Notes: generated from the sequence alone by a model not told the origin. Counted from the first letter of the stretch, positions 18,653 to 29,471 are shown. The stretch is 64,000 bases of DNA from Candidatus Hermodarchaeota archaeon (GCA_048885525.1 JBHLLP010000001.1:32001-96000), one strand, 5' to 3'. Numbers and translations: made by a program.

Positions 18653-19411
18653 TTACAAATTCTTCATATCTTCAAAAAAAATATTAGCGAATATCTCTGT
18701 AACCTTTTCTTTTAATTCTTTATCATGAAGTCTTATTTTATCAGAGATCTCGATTTGGACTGCTTGACTTTTTGGGATATTAAAAGCTCCATAAGTTCGA
18801 GTTATATATCCTCCCTTTAAGACATATTCCCTTCTTCTCGGATGTCCTGGGGCAATTGGGATATCTAATTCAAGAAAGCTTTGAATTATTTTTCCACGGA
18901 TGTTATTTTCCCACTCTCTCTTTCGTACTGGTTCATGAAATAAGGATTCCAAATTGTTTGTACCTAAAATCACATCAACATCCCGAAATCCAGATGGTCG
19001 CTTGTCTTTCTCAAAACCATGTATGTCTATCAATAAAGAACAATTAAATCTCTTTAGATTATTTTGTATCCATTCGATAATTTTATAATGATAATAGTTA
19101 TAGATGTCTCTAGCGAGGAAAGATGTTTGATTATACGCTTCTGTTTCAACACGATTAAAATCAATTTTACTTCTCCGAACCTTTGAGAAAATAAGTAATG
19201 GAATTTTCTCATTAAATACTTCACTTTTAAACTTCTGATTTATAAGTTCTATTAGATCCTTAGAAAACTCGATTGTTCCTTTATCGATACCCAAAACACC
19301 TTCATTTCTTTCAGGTATAGAATTGCACTCTAATATTCCTCCATGAGGGACAGATATAATTAATGGAATATTGCCTTCTTCACATTCAATATATTCTCTA
19401 ATTTCAAACAT
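18653..19411 (-). CDS. N-formylglutamate amidohydrolase-like protein
   Basis: IISVPHGG, RSKIDFNR, LLIDIHG, GGYIT, AVQIE. Confidence 0.8.
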   Translation of the reverse strand: MFEIREYIECEEGNIPLIISVPHGGILECNSIPERNEGVLGIDKGTIEFSKDLIELINQKFKSEVFNEKIPLLIFSKVRRSKIDFNRVETEAYNQTSFLARDIYNYYHYKIIEWIQNNLKRFNCSLLIDIHGFEKDKRPSGFRDVDVILGTNNLESLFHEPVRKREWENNIRGKIIQSFLELDIPIAPGHPRRREYVLKGGYITRTYGAFNIPKSQAVQIEISDKIRLHDKELKEKVTEIFANIFFEDMKNL

Positions 19412-19448
19412 TTTTCTAAGAAAGTAGGCTAGAAAAATAATATATAAA

Positions 19449-19913
19449 TTAAATAATTGGAGAGTTCTGCAAAGTAAAATATCGAAGTATTATGAACACG
19501 CTAATCCAAACTCCAAACCCTATTATGCCAAATGTGTAATATCCAAAAACACTTCTATCCTGTTCAAATATTAAATATGCAAACAGCCAAGTTCCAAGCC
19601 CACCAACCGCACCTAAAAGAATGTCTGTAATTATATTAGGCCAACTATCCATTCTTCCTTCAAACTTCCATCCCAATTCTAGAAACAAAACATTTTCGAG
19701 AATTTCCCATGTTATTGCAATTACTATTGTAATAATGAAGACGAAGAGCAATGAGAATATCGGGATCTTTCCCTTCTTCTTAGGAATGGTATAGAATAAC
19801 GAAAAAAATAGAAATACGCCAATTCCAAAACATATATGACCAATAGAATAAAAATCAAACCATGAAATCCCAACTTCATCAACTGTTGTAGCAAAAAATT
19901 TATTAAATAACAT
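19449..19913 (-). CDS. Membrane protein with H..WE..E..D motif (DUF2585/VanZ-like)
   Basis: FDFYSIGH, WEILEN, DSWPNIITD; 4 TMs. Confidence 0.7.
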   Translation of the reverse strand: MLFNKFFATTVDEVGISWFDFYSIGHICFGIGVFLFFSLFYTIPKKKGKIPIFSLLFVFIITIVIAITWEILENVLFLELGWKFEGRMDSWPNIITDILLGAVGGLGTWLFAYLIFEQDRSVFGYYTFGIIGFGVWISVFIILRYFTLQNSPII

Positions 19914-20165
19914 TGAACACTTTTTTTCCTCTTTTGATTCTATTTATTTGATTTTCAAAGTAATATTAAAAATAATTATAATAAATAATCATCGGAATTA
20001 AAAATTCAATGGCTAATTAGATCATAAACCATTAAAAATTAATCGATTTTCATAAATTATTTATTATTTACTAATATAAAATAAGGAATGATAAATTTGA
20101 TTTAAAAAATATTGTATTATATAATAACTGATTATTGAAGTGAAATTGTAACAGGTAATTCCTAA

Positions 20166-21452
20166 TTGAAAAAAATCGCATTTATTATTTATTACCATAA
20201 ATATAACTTTTATAGTTTGAATGCTATAGTTGGAGCACTTGAAACTGATGGTGTATTTGAAATTATAGATTTCTATTTTATTCCATCACGAGATAAACTT
20301 TTAGAATCCCTAGAAGAAATTGTCAAAAAATATAATAGAATAGTAGTAGCAATTTCATTTTATACAACCCAGTTATTTGAAACTCAAGATCTCATTCAAA
20401 TAATAAAAAGGAAATTTAAAAAAAAATGTGTCTTAGTGGCAGGAGGCCCTCATCCCACGGGAGAACCTTTTCAAACACTAAAATTAGGGTTTGATATTGT
20501 TGTTGTTGGTGAAGGTGAGGAAACTATTATAAAATTCATGCAAAGAATAGTAAATGACGAAATTTTTGATAATGTAAAAGGAATTGCTTATATAGATGAA
20601 AATAGTAAAAAAATCTATACAGGAAAAAGAAATGCAGTTGATTTAGACAAATATCCCCCTTTTCCGGTGAAAAATAGGAGATTTGGAGCAATTGAAATAA
20701 CAAGAGGTTGCCCTTATGTATGCTACTTTTGTCAAACGCCCTATATTTTAGGTACAAAACCTAGACATAGAAGTATAGAAATAATATGTAAATATGTGCT
20801 AGAATTACAAAATTATTATGGTGATCTTACTGATGTAAGATTTATCACACCAAATGCTTTTTCATATGGTTCCAAAGACGGGAAAAATTTGAATTTAGGA
20901 AAACTTGAAAAATTACTTTATAGTGTGAGACAAATTCTTGGAAATGAAGGAAGGATATTCTTAGGAACATTCCCATCTGAAGTTCGACCAGAACATGTAA
21001 TTCAAGATACTCTAAATTTAATCTTAAAATATGCAGATAATGATAACATTACTATTGGAGCTCAATCAGGCAGCCAGAAAATTTTGGATTTATGTCATAG
21101 AGATCACTCTGTTGAAGATATATATAGTGCTGTAGAGTTAACATTAGAAAATAATTTAAAAATTAATGTAGATTTTATATTTGGATTACCTGAAGAGGAT
21201 GAAGAGGATATTAAATTAACAATTAAAATGATGAAATATTTGGCTGCTAAAGGCGCAAGAATACATGCTCATTCTTTTATTCCTTTACCTCAAACTCCTT
21301 TTGCAAATGCACCAGTAAAAAGAATAAAGCTCCTCTATAATAATGAAATTAAATCACTAATCTCTAAAGGATTTGCATTCGGGGATTGGAAAAAACAAGA
21401 ACGATTAGCTATTAAAATAGCTAATTATATGAAAAAAATGAATATAAAATGA
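20166..21452 (+). CDS. B12-binding radical SAM protein (TIGR04013-like)
   Basis: AGGPHPTG, GEGE, RGCPYVCYFC (CxxxCxxC), TPNAFSYG, FPSEVRPE. Confidence 0.88.
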   Translation: MKKIAFIIYYHKYNFYSLNAIVGALETDGVFEIIDFYFIPSRDKLLESLEEIVKKYNRIVVAISFYTTQLFETQDLIQIIKRKFKKKCVLVAGGPHPTGEPFQTLKLGFDIVVVGEGEETIIKFMQRIVNDEIFDNVKGIAYIDENSKKIYTGKRNAVDLDKYPPFPVKNRRFGAIEITRGCPYVCYFCQTPYILGTKPRHRSIEIICKYVLELQNYYGDLTDVRFITPNAFSYGSKDGKNLNLGKLEKLLYSVRQILGNEGRIFLGTFPSEVRPEHVIQDTLNLILKYADNDNITIGAQSGSQKILDLCHRDHSVEDIYSAVELTLENNLKINVDFIFGLPEEDEEDIKLTIKMMKYLAAKGARIHAHSFIPLPQTPFANAPVKRIKLLYNNEIKSLISKGFAFGDWKKQERLAIKIANYMKKMNIK

Positions 21453-21458
21453 AACAAA

Positions 21459-22340
21459 TTATTTTGCTAATTTTACCATATTTTCCTTTATTGTAATGAA
21501 ACCTTCTTTTTGTAATTGACTAAGTATCTTTTTTAAGCTCTCAGAGTCATGAATTTTAATTCTTTTCTGGATTTCTATTATATCTATCGCTTTATTATCA
21601 ATTAACATTTTTAGAAGAATTCCCCTAATTTGCCTTGATGATCCTTTAAAGGGTGCTTGTTTTCGATAATGAGCACTTTTTTTATTTAATTCTGGATGTG
21701 ATTTTTTAAGCATTGCACCATAATCCATGAGAGCATAATACCACTCCCTTGGGTTATTTTTATCAATAGTAAGATCTATAATTGGAAAAATTTCTTTATC
21801 ATAAACATTATCTTTTTTAGGAAAGAAAAAGTAAATAAAGACTCTCCTTATATTAGTTTCAATAAAAGCTGTAGGTTTATTAAAGGCAAATGTAATTATT
21901 GAAGAAGCTGTATTATGGCCAATTTGAGGAAATGATTCCAGTGTTTCAATAGAGTCTGGGAGTTCCCCCTTATAATCTCTGATAACGATCTCTGCGATCT
22001 TTTTTAATGCTACAGCTCTTCTATTATATCCTAAACCTCTCCATTCCTTAAGAATAGTATCAAGAGGAGTTTGAGATAATGATAAAAAATCAGGATATTT
22101 GTCTATAAATTTCAAAAACTTTTCCGTAACTCTCTCTGTTTGAGTTTGTTGAAGCATAATTTCTGAAACTAATACATTATAAGGTGTAATATTTTCTCTA
22201 AAAGGAAATTCTCTTTTATGTTTTCTATAGTATTCATAAATCATATTTCGAAATGAAATTATGACTTCTGAGGTTAAACCGTTTTTTTTATATAGTGTAT
22301 GAAAGTCGCTAATGAATAAATTTTTACTAATTCTGGACAT
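21459..22340 (-). CDS. mutY: A/G-specific adenine glycosylase (short MutY-like HhH-GPD, no 4Fe-4S motif)
   Basis: VLVSEIMLQQTQ, WRGLGYNRRA, ETNIRRV, ALMDYG, F.GS.RQ.RG. Confidence 0.82.
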   Translation of the reverse strand: MSRISKNLFISDFHTLYKKNGLTSEVIISFRNMIYEYYRKHKREFPFRENITPYNVLVSEIMLQQTQTERVTEKFLKFIDKYPDFLSLSQTPLDTILKEWRGLGYNRRAVALKKIAEIVIRDYKGELPDSIETLESFPQIGHNTASSIITFAFNKPTAFIETNIRRVFIYFFFPKKDNVYDKEIFPIIDLTIDKNNPREWYYALMDYGAMLKKSHPELNKKSAHYRKQAPFKGSSRQIRGILLKMLIDNKAIDIIEIQKRIKIHDSESLKKILSQLQKEGFITIKENMVKLAK

Positions 22341-22433
22341 TAAAAAACAACAAATGGTTAGTAATTTTGATCAAATATGCAAGGAAAAAGAATTTATGGA
22401 TTTTAAATTATAATAATTGCTTGAATTATAATA

Positions 22434-24341
22434 TTAATTAAGATCAAAAGCAAAAACAGTGACTCCGCCTTCTATTCTTTTAAGTTTTAGAGTGTATCCA
22501 GAGCTATTAATAATGTGAAGCATCGATTTATTTTCAAGCAATATTGAGCCAGTAAATGTTCTATAATTAAGTTCTTTTCCAATTTGTACTAAATAATTTA
22601 ATAAATATTTAGTTATTCCTAGATTTCTCCAACTTTTATGAACAACAAATGCCAACTCCGCAATAGAAGGTTGATACGCTTTAAAAAACGCGCCCAAAGC
22701 GACAATTTTATTCTCTCCCATTTCACTAATTTCTGCTACTAAAATCATATCAGTGGAGTAATCTATGTTCACCATTGGTTGAATTTTTCCATGCCTAAAA
22801 TCTTTCATAGGAGCAAAAAATCTTAAGTATCTATCTCTCTCATCTAAGGAATAATGAAGTTCCTGAATCATTCTCTCATCTGTAGGTTTGACAGGACGAA
22901 TTTTTATTTTTTTTCCATTTTTGAGCTTTAAAAATGTTTCATACTTTTCGGGATAAATACTTATTCTTCCATCAATTGAAATGGGCAATTTTTGGTCTGA
23001 ATACACATATTTCCACTTTTTAGCATGCTCTAATAAATCTTCCCGAAAATCAGGATGAGCAATATTTATCATTTCAAGAACCCTTTCTCTGATACTTTTT
23101 CCATAAAGATAAGCTATACCCCATTCAGTTACAATATAGTGAATATCTCCTCTTGTAATTACCACACCAGAACCCGGTTGAAGGTAAGGAACAATTCGAG
23201 ATACTAATGTACCGTCTTTTAACGTTGCAGTAGAAGGTAAAGTCATGATAGGTTTTCCATCTATCGATCTCCCAGCACCTCTGATAAAATCAACTTGACC
23301 TCCAATGCCGCTATAAAATCGGTGACCTAAAGAATCTGAATTCACCTGTCCTGTCAAATCAACACTTAGAGCTGCATTTATAGCTACTTGCTTATTGTTT
23401 TTGCTAATTATATATGGATCGTTTGTGTAGTCACAAGGATGAAATTCAACCATAGGATTATCATCAACGAAATCATACAATCTTTTAGAACCCATTACAA
23501 AAGAGCAAATAATCTTATCTTTGTGAAGAATCTTTTTTTTGCATGTAATTACCCCTTCTTCAACAAGATCTACAATTCCATCCGAAAAGACTTCACTATG
23601 TACTCCTAAATCCTTCTTTTCAATTAATTCCTTGGTAACTGCATTTGGAATTTGACCTATTCCCATTTGAATTGTGGACTCATCTTCAATTAAGGAAGCT
23701 GTAAATTTAGCAATTTTAATGGAAACATCATCGAGTTCACCATAACTAAATTCAATTATATCATGGTTGCTTAAGACAAAAGCATCAATATCATCCATAT
23801 GAATAAAGGAGTCTCCTAAAGTACGTGGCATTTTTGGATTGATCTCGGCAACCACATATTCTGCTGATTCTGCAATTGGTTTGACAATATCAACATTAAT
23901 TCCATAACTACAGAAACCATATTGATCGGGTAGGCTTACTTGAATTAAAGCTGTATCCAAATGCATCATTCCAGATAAAAATAATTTTGGAATTTCCGAA
24001 AGAAACATTGGAGTATAATCGGCTTGACCAATCTCCACATATTTACGCAGTGATTTTCCAATAAAAAATGCATTATGCCGAAATAAATCTTCTATACCAC
24101 CTGCAGTCTCATAATAATCCAAATCACTGAGGCTAAGAAAATGTAATATCTCTACATCTGGAATTTTCAATCCAAGTTCAATTAATTTTTTAGTAAGATC
24201 AATAGGTTCAGCGCAACCAGAATCGATAAAAATACGATTTCCTGATTTAATATATTTTTTAATTGCATCATCTAGGGATATTTGTTTTTCATTATATTTT
24301 TTCATTAAGTCAGAAATATCTTGATTAGGAATTAACGGCAA
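22434..24341 (-). CDS. Acetyl-CoA hydrolase/4-hydroxybutyrate CoA-transferase fused to a C-terminal GNAT domain
   Basis: IQMGIG, LGVHSE, SGIGGQVDFIRGA, IVTEWG; C-terminal IRPVKPTD..YLRFF..AELAFVV. Confidence 0.9.
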   Translation of the reverse strand: MPLIPNQDISDLMKKYNEKQISLDDAIKKYIKSGNRIFIDSGCAEPIDLTKKLIELGLKIPDVEILHFLSLSDLDYYETAGGIEDLFRHNAFFIGKSLRKYVEIGQADYTPMFLSEIPKLFLSGMMHLDTALIQVSLPDQYGFCSYGINVDIVKPIAESAEYVVAEINPKMPRTLGDSFIHMDDIDAFVLSNHDIIEFSYGELDDVSIKIAKFTASLIEDESTIQMGIGQIPNAVTKELIEKKDLGVHSEVFSDGIVDLVEEGVITCKKKILHKDKIICSFVMGSKRLYDFVDDNPMVEFHPCDYTNDPYIISKNNKQVAINAALSVDLTGQVNSDSLGHRFYSGIGGQVDFIRGAGRSIDGKPIMTLPSTATLKDGTLVSRIVPYLQPGSGVVITRGDIHYIVTEWGIAYLYGKSIRERVLEMINIAHPDFREDLLEHAKKWKYVYSDQKLPISIDGRISIYPEKYETFLKLKNGKKIKIRPVKPTDERMIQELHYSLDERDRYLRFFAPMKDFRHGKIQPMVNIDYSTDMILVAEISEMGENKIVALGAFFKAYQPSIAELAFVVHKSWRNLGITKYLLNYLVQIGKELNYRTFTGSILLENKSMLHIINSSGYTLKLKRIEGGVTVFAFDLN

Positions 24342-24708
24342 ATTATCACCATATAAACCTTTAATATATATGAATTAATTCTTATAGAATTTTAAATATT
24401 TAATGAAAATAAATTAAAAAGGACATTTTATATTTTTAAAAGAAACCAGTAATCTATTTCTGTTTGAAAAAAGTTAAGATTTAAGCTTAAATATACTTTT
24501 TTTTGTGATTCTGTTTAATTTGATATTTTATAGAAAAAATTCAGTTTTTATATAAAAACAAAATTTTTCCATAAAAAATTTTCATTTTCTATAATAAATA
24601 TTTCAGATCAAACCCAGACACGATTTTAGAGATAAATAATCAATAATAAATATTTAATTACTTTCTAGAACTTATATTTCTATTATAAATGATTTTCTAA
24701 GATTTTAA

Positions 24709-25047
24709 ATGGGAAAAGATAAGGTTGAAATTGAAGATTTAGAGGCTTTCATTAATGGATTGAAAGATTCATTTGATACATTAGAAAATATTGATCCAAC
24801 CCAATCTAAGGGATTCCAAGCACAAATGGCAAAAGCTATTTCAGATTTAAGGTCTAAAAGAGCTGCAAAAATCGAACCTCTGCCAAAGCATATAGGCCAC
24901 TTCACTAAAGAAGATCTTAAAATTTATTTACTTAAGGAACTAGAATCTTTACAAGATCTTTTAGATTCTTCTGATTATAATAGGAGAAGAAAATTTGAAT
25001 TAGTAAAAAAGATTGCTCTATTAAGGGAGCAAGTAAACAATATGTAA
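24709..25047 (+). CDS. Hypothetical helical protein
   Basis: 112-aa ORF directly upstream of tatD. Confidence 0.7.
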   Translation: MGKDKVEIEDLEAFINGLKDSFDTLENIDPTQSKGFQAQMAKAISDLRSKRAAKIEPLPKHIGHFTKEDLKIYLLKELESLQDLLDSSDYNRRRKFELVKKIALLREQVNNM

Positions 25048-25077
25048 GTATTTTATTTTTTAAAATATTAAGAGGTT

Positions 25078-25839
25078 TTGAAAATACTCATTGATATACA
25101 TTGTCATGCTAATCTCTATTTAATGCTTGATGAAATCATTAAAGATGCCAAAAATGTTGGTGTTCAAAAAATAATCTCTGTTGGAATGAGTTTTATTAGT
25201 TTAGAAAGGATCTTAAAAATTTCTGATAACTATGATAATATATATCCTGCCTTAGGCATCCACCCAGAAGAAGTGAGGATGAATAAAAACATAGAAAGTC
25301 AAATAGACGCCGTAATGGATATTATCAAAAAAAATAAAGATAAAATTTGTGCCATTGGAGAAATCGGTCTTGATCATCATTTTATTAAAGAAAAAGAGTT
25401 ATACCCACTTCAAAAGGATATTTTTGATAAAATGCTTTCATTAGCACAAGAATTGGAGTTACCTATTAATTTACATACAAAAGGAGCAGAAAAAATAATT
25501 TTTGAAATGCTTCCATCATATAAGATCCCAAATATAAATATTCATTGGTATTCTGGACCTGAAAACTTTATGAAAGTTGGAATTGACCGAGGATATTATT
25601 TCTCAATTACTCCCGCTATTAGTTATTCTCCAGCAGTGAAGAACACTGTTATGAAAGTTGATAATGAATTTTTATTACTTGAAAGTGATGGCCCCGTTAA
25701 ATATACTGGAAAGATTGGTACACCAGCTATGATTAAAGATGTTTTAAATGCAATAGTTGAGCTAAAAAATATTGATTCAAGAGAATTAGAATTACAAATC
25801 GAAAAGAACACTAAAAAGGTTTTCCCAAAAATCTTTTAG
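25078..25839 (+). CDS. tatD: TatD family hydrolase/nuclease
   Basis: DIHCH, LGIHP, AIGEIGLD, LLESDGP. Confidence 0.9.
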   Translation: MKILIDIHCHANLYLMLDEIIKDAKNVGVQKIISVGMSFISLERILKISDNYDNIYPALGIHPEEVRMNKNIESQIDAVMDIIKKNKDKICAIGEIGLDHHFIKEKELYPLQKDIFDKMLSLAQELELPINLHTKGAEKIIFEMLPSYKIPNINIHWYSGPENFMKVGIDRGYYFSITPAISYSPAVKNTVMKVDNEFLLLESDGPVKYTGKIGTPAMIKDVLNAIVELKNIDSRELELQIEKNTKKVFPKIF

Positions 25840-25845
25840 TTCCAC

Positions 25846-26898
25846 TTATTTAGGTTTAATTGTTTTTTCAATTCCTTCCCAAAGACCAGAAAGATAAACT
25901 GCACCAAGAGCACGATCATACAAACCATATCCGGGTCGGCCCTTTTCTCCCCAAATCATTCTTCCATGGTCTGGGCGGATTGCTCCAGTAAATCCTACCT
26001 CTATAAGAGCTTTTATTACTTTGTACATGTTAACATCTCCGAATTCTGTAGGATGCTCAACTTCATGAAATTTATATTCACCAGTGCGTTTAATATTACG
26101 GCAATGAACAAATGGAATACGGTTCATAGCACCAAATTTATATATACTTTTTATTAAATCTACCTTTGGATTAGCATTAAGTGTTCCTGTGCAAAAAGTT
26201 ATTCCATTTGATGGGCTATCAATAATTTTTACAAAACGGTCCAGAGCAGCTTCATCAGTAATAATGCGTGGTAATTTGAATATAGACCACGGAGGATCGT
26301 CAGGATGAATTCCCATCCTCACATCAACCTCTTCTGCGATTGGAATAACTCTCTCTAAAAAATATTCCAAATTTGACCATAATATCTCTTTATTGATTTT
26401 GGAATAAGCATTTAGGAACTCTCCTAATTCCTTTTTTGTATAATGAGTTGCCCAGCCCGGAAGTTCTAATGAGTCTTTTTTTAAATCAACATTCTTTAAC
26501 TGATCATGGTTATAACTTAGAGTATTCGAACCATCAGAAGATAACATAGCAAGATCAGAACGTATCCAATCAAATACAGGCATAAAGTTATAACACAATA
26601 TTTTTATACCCAAAGAACCCATATTTCGGATGCTTTGACAGTAATTATCTATTAATTTATTGCGAGTTGAACGTCCGAGTTTTATATCTTCATGGATTGG
26701 GATACTTTCTATTACAGAAAAATTCAATCCTACTGTTTCAATCTTCTTCTTAAGTATATTTAATTTTTTAATTGGCCATATTTCACCTATGGGTATATCA
26801 TAGAGAGCTGAAACGATTCCAGTTACTCTAGGGATTTGCTTGATATAATTAAGTGGTATTGGATCACCATCTCCAAACCATCTAAAAGTCATTTCCAT
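25846..26898 (-). CDS. uxuA: Mannonate dehydratase
   Basis: MTFRWFG, CYNFMPVFDW, IHPDDPPW, RPDHGR, PGYGLYDRALG. Confidence 0.95.
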   Translation of the reverse strand: MEMTFRWFGDGDPIPLNYIKQIPRVTGIVSALYDIPIGEIWPIKKLNILKKKIETVGLNFSVIESIPIHEDIKLGRSTRNKLIDNYCQSIRNMGSLGIKILCYNFMPVFDWIRSDLAMLSSDGSNTLSYNHDQLKNVDLKKDSLELPGWATHYTKKELGEFLNAYSKINKEILWSNLEYFLERVIPIAEEVDVRMGIHPDDPPWSIFKLPRIITDEAALDRFVKIIDSPSNGITFCTGTLNANPKVDLIKSIYKFGAMNRIPFVHCRNIKRTGEYKFHEVEHPTEFGDVNMYKVIKALIEVGFTGAIRPDHGRMIWGEKGRPGYGLYDRALGAVYLSGLWEGIEKTIKPK

Positions 26899-26947
26899 TT
26901 TCTTTTACCTTAATTTATTTCCATTAGGAATTATAATCTTTCTTTAA

Positions 26948-27802
26948 TTAAACTCCTGAATATGCAGAAAATCCCCCATCAACAGGAATCACAACTCCAG
27001 TAACAAAACTCGATGCTTTTTCATCAATTAACCATAACAAAGTTCCAATTAATTCTTTTGGCATTCCAAATCGTCCCATTGGAGTGTGTTGAAGAATTTT
27101 TTCCGCACGAGTATTAAAAGACCCATTTTCATTAGTTAAAAGTAAACGATTTTGTTCTGTTAAAAAAAAACCAGGTGCAATTGCATTAACTCGAATATTT
27201 ACTTTAGACATATGAACTGCTAACCATTGAGTGAAATTACTTATTGCTGCTTTAGCTGCGCTATATGCTGGGATTTTCGTTAAAGGGCGATATGCATTCA
27301 TTGATGATATGTTAATAATAACTGCTCCTTTTTCATCTATCATTGTTTTTGCAAAAACTTGAGTTGATAAAATCGTCCCTATAAAATTCAAATTAAAAAT
27401 GAATGTGATACCCTCTTGTTCTAAATCAAAAAAAGTTAAACCCTTTTTTTTTTTTAATAAATCTTCTCTGGTAAGGTATTCATCTGATGTCGTACCTTTA
27501 GGGTGATTACCGCCTGCACCATTTATAAGTATACTCCATGTACCAAATTTCTCCGAAATAATTTTTTTAGCTTTTTTTAAACTCTCAAGATCTAAAATAT
27601 CTGCCTTTATAGCAATTGCAACTCCTCCATCAATTATAATCTTTTTTGCAACTCTCTCAGCTGCTTCTTGATTTATATCAATAATAGCAACCTTTGCTCC
27701 ACATTCTGCAAGTGCTTCTGAAAAAAGTCCACAAATCACTCCACCACCGCCAGTAATTACTGCAACTTTATCTTTTAAATTAATCTTTAAGGGTAGATCC
27801 AT
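26948..27802 (-). CDS. uxuB: SDR-family D-mannonate (fructuronate) oxidoreductase
   Basis: TGGGG, NGAGGNHP, YSAAK, PGFFLTEQNR, VDGGFSAYSGV; adjacent to uxuA. Confidence 0.85.
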   Translation of the reverse strand: MDLPLKINLKDKVAVITGGGGVICGLFSEALAECGAKVAIIDINQEAAERVAKKIIIDGGVAIAIKADILDLESLKKAKKIISEKFGTWSILINGAGGNHPKGTTSDEYLTREDLLKKKKGLTFFDLEQEGITFIFNLNFIGTILSTQVFAKTMIDEKGAVIINISSMNAYRPLTKIPAYSAAKAAISNFTQWLAVHMSKVNIRVNAIAPGFFLTEQNRLLLTNENGSFNTRAEKILQHTPMGRFGMPKELIGTLLWLIDEKASSFVTGVVIPVDGGFSAYSGV

Positions 27803-27889
27803 AATATTTTCACTAACTTTTTTTTATATGAATATTTTTAAGAAAAAAGTGAATAGTTACTTTCTAAGAAACTTTTGTATATGATAATA

Positions 27890-28912
27890 TTAGTTTTTTT
27901 CCATTAAGCTAATTATTTCTTCTGGTAGTTCTTTTTTATTTTTCATGCGATTTAACATATCTTTTACTTCAAAGATTGTATTTCCATAGATATGGAGAGA
28001 ATTGCTAAAATCTAAATAATGACCAATAGAAATATCAAGTTGCTCAGCAACAAATTTTTGAATCCTAATCATCCCATTTACATTAGCTTCCCATGCCCTA
28101 AAGAGATCTCTGCTTCTCCAAGTTGTCTGCATAAGTAATTTTCCTTCTTTTATTCGCATATAGATTCTTTGAAGACATGGAGGATCAATATGAAATGGAT
28201 CAATTAAAGGTCTCCAAGTAATTGCTTGGGCTCTTCGTGAATATGGTCTTTCTCTTAATTTCTGTATTATATAATTTATTTGATTAATTCGGGGGAAATC
28301 AATTAGTTCAATAGGAATTTTTTCAATTCTAATTTGTTCTGAAATTTTTTTATCTAAGTCAAATTCAACTCCATTTCTTAATTTCCAGATAGAGGCTTCA
28401 GGAGTAATCTTAACTTTTTCAGCTTTTAATAACTTTTGGTGATGTCTTACAGATTTTTCATTAATAATATTTAAATTATAATTTCTGTGAATACTATCTT
28501 CAAGAGAAAAAGGAGCATAATTAAAAAGTCTATCATGATATGAGTAAGGAAAGCTTACACCAGATTCACTTAATAAATTATCATTTACACCATTCATGAT
28601 TTCTTCAATATAACCACTTTGAATAGATCCAATTAAATAAGTATCAGCAATACACCCATATACTTCATAAGCATTACCATACTTTGATCTAATTTTCATA
28701 ACTTTATCTTTACGCATGATAGGACTGCTAAAGGGTTCAGTTATCTCAATCAATACTGTTGCATCTTTCGATGGAGGATCTTCACGATAATCATATTCAG
28801 TTTTTATGTTATCACCATTAAATAATACTCTTCCAACAGCAGATAGCCAAGCATCTCTAACATTTTTTTTCGAAATAAAGAAAACTTTTGCCATTTTTGA
28901 ACGTTCTAACAA
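27890..28912 (-). CDS. thyA: Archaeal-type thymidylate synthase
   Basis: YSYHDRL, SRRAQAITW, PPCLQ (catalytic Cys), WRSRD, SLHIY. Confidence 0.85.
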   Translation of the reverse strand: MLERSKMAKVFFISKKNVRDAWLSAVGRVLFNGDNIKTEYDYREDPPSKDATVLIEITEPFSSPIMRKDKVMKIRSKYGNAYEVYGCIADTYLIGSIQSGYIEEIMNGVNDNLLSESGVSFPYSYHDRLFNYAPFSLEDSIHRNYNLNIINEKSVRHHQKLLKAEKVKITPEASIWKLRNGVEFDLDKKISEQIRIEKIPIELIDFPRINQINYIIQKLRERPYSRRAQAITWRPLIDPFHIDPPCLQRIYMRIKEGKLLMQTTWRSRDLFRAWEANVNGMIRIQKFVAEQLDISIGHYLDFSNSLHIYGNTIFEVKDMLNRMKNKKELPEEIISLMEKN

Positions 28913-29178
28913 ATTATTTTAAACTTATATCGATATAGAGATTCTTTTATTACTAACTATTATTATTTATCTGTTAAATCTTTAATAAGACTCAATTGAT
29001 CGTTTTAAATTTTTATTAAGTATAAATACTCTTAATTTTTGATCATAAATTCTCCAAAATATTTAAAAAACCTAAATTTACATTATTTTATTAAAAGAAT
29101 ATATTATTTTACTGTAATATTTATTTAGAAATTTAAAAATTAGGAGTTAAAAGATTATATAATTTTTGAGGTGATATT

Positions 29179-29352
29179 ATGGGTGGATTTGGTAAAAAAT
29201 TAAAGAAAGGGCTTGCTAAGGTAGCTGGTGGAATTGTTGAGGAAGTCACAGGTTCCGAAGCAGCAGGTAAAGGTGTAAAAAAAGCTGTTAAAAAGGGTAG
29301 CGTAAAAAAAGGGTTTAAGAAAGCAATTGAAGAAGCTACTGAAGATGATTAA
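29179..29352 (+). CDS. Unannotated 57-aa Gly/Lys/Ala-rich amphipathic small protein
   Basis: GAGGTGA RBS then ATG; MGGFGKKLKKGLAKVAGGIVEEVTGSEAAGKGVKKAVKKGSVKKGFKKAIEEATEDD; coding-like composition in an AT-rich gap, followed by T-tracts. Confidence 0.8.
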   Translation: MGGFGKKLKKGLAKVAGGIVEEVTGSEAAGKGVKKAVKKGSVKKGFKKAIEEATEDD

Positions 29353-29471
29353 ATAGATTTTTAAATTTAAAATTTCTTTAAATCTTTTTTATTTTTTATT
29401 AACATCAAATTTTTATTAATTTATTTATTTTAAATTCTTAAATTAATTAAACTGAATGGTTTAGTTAAATT

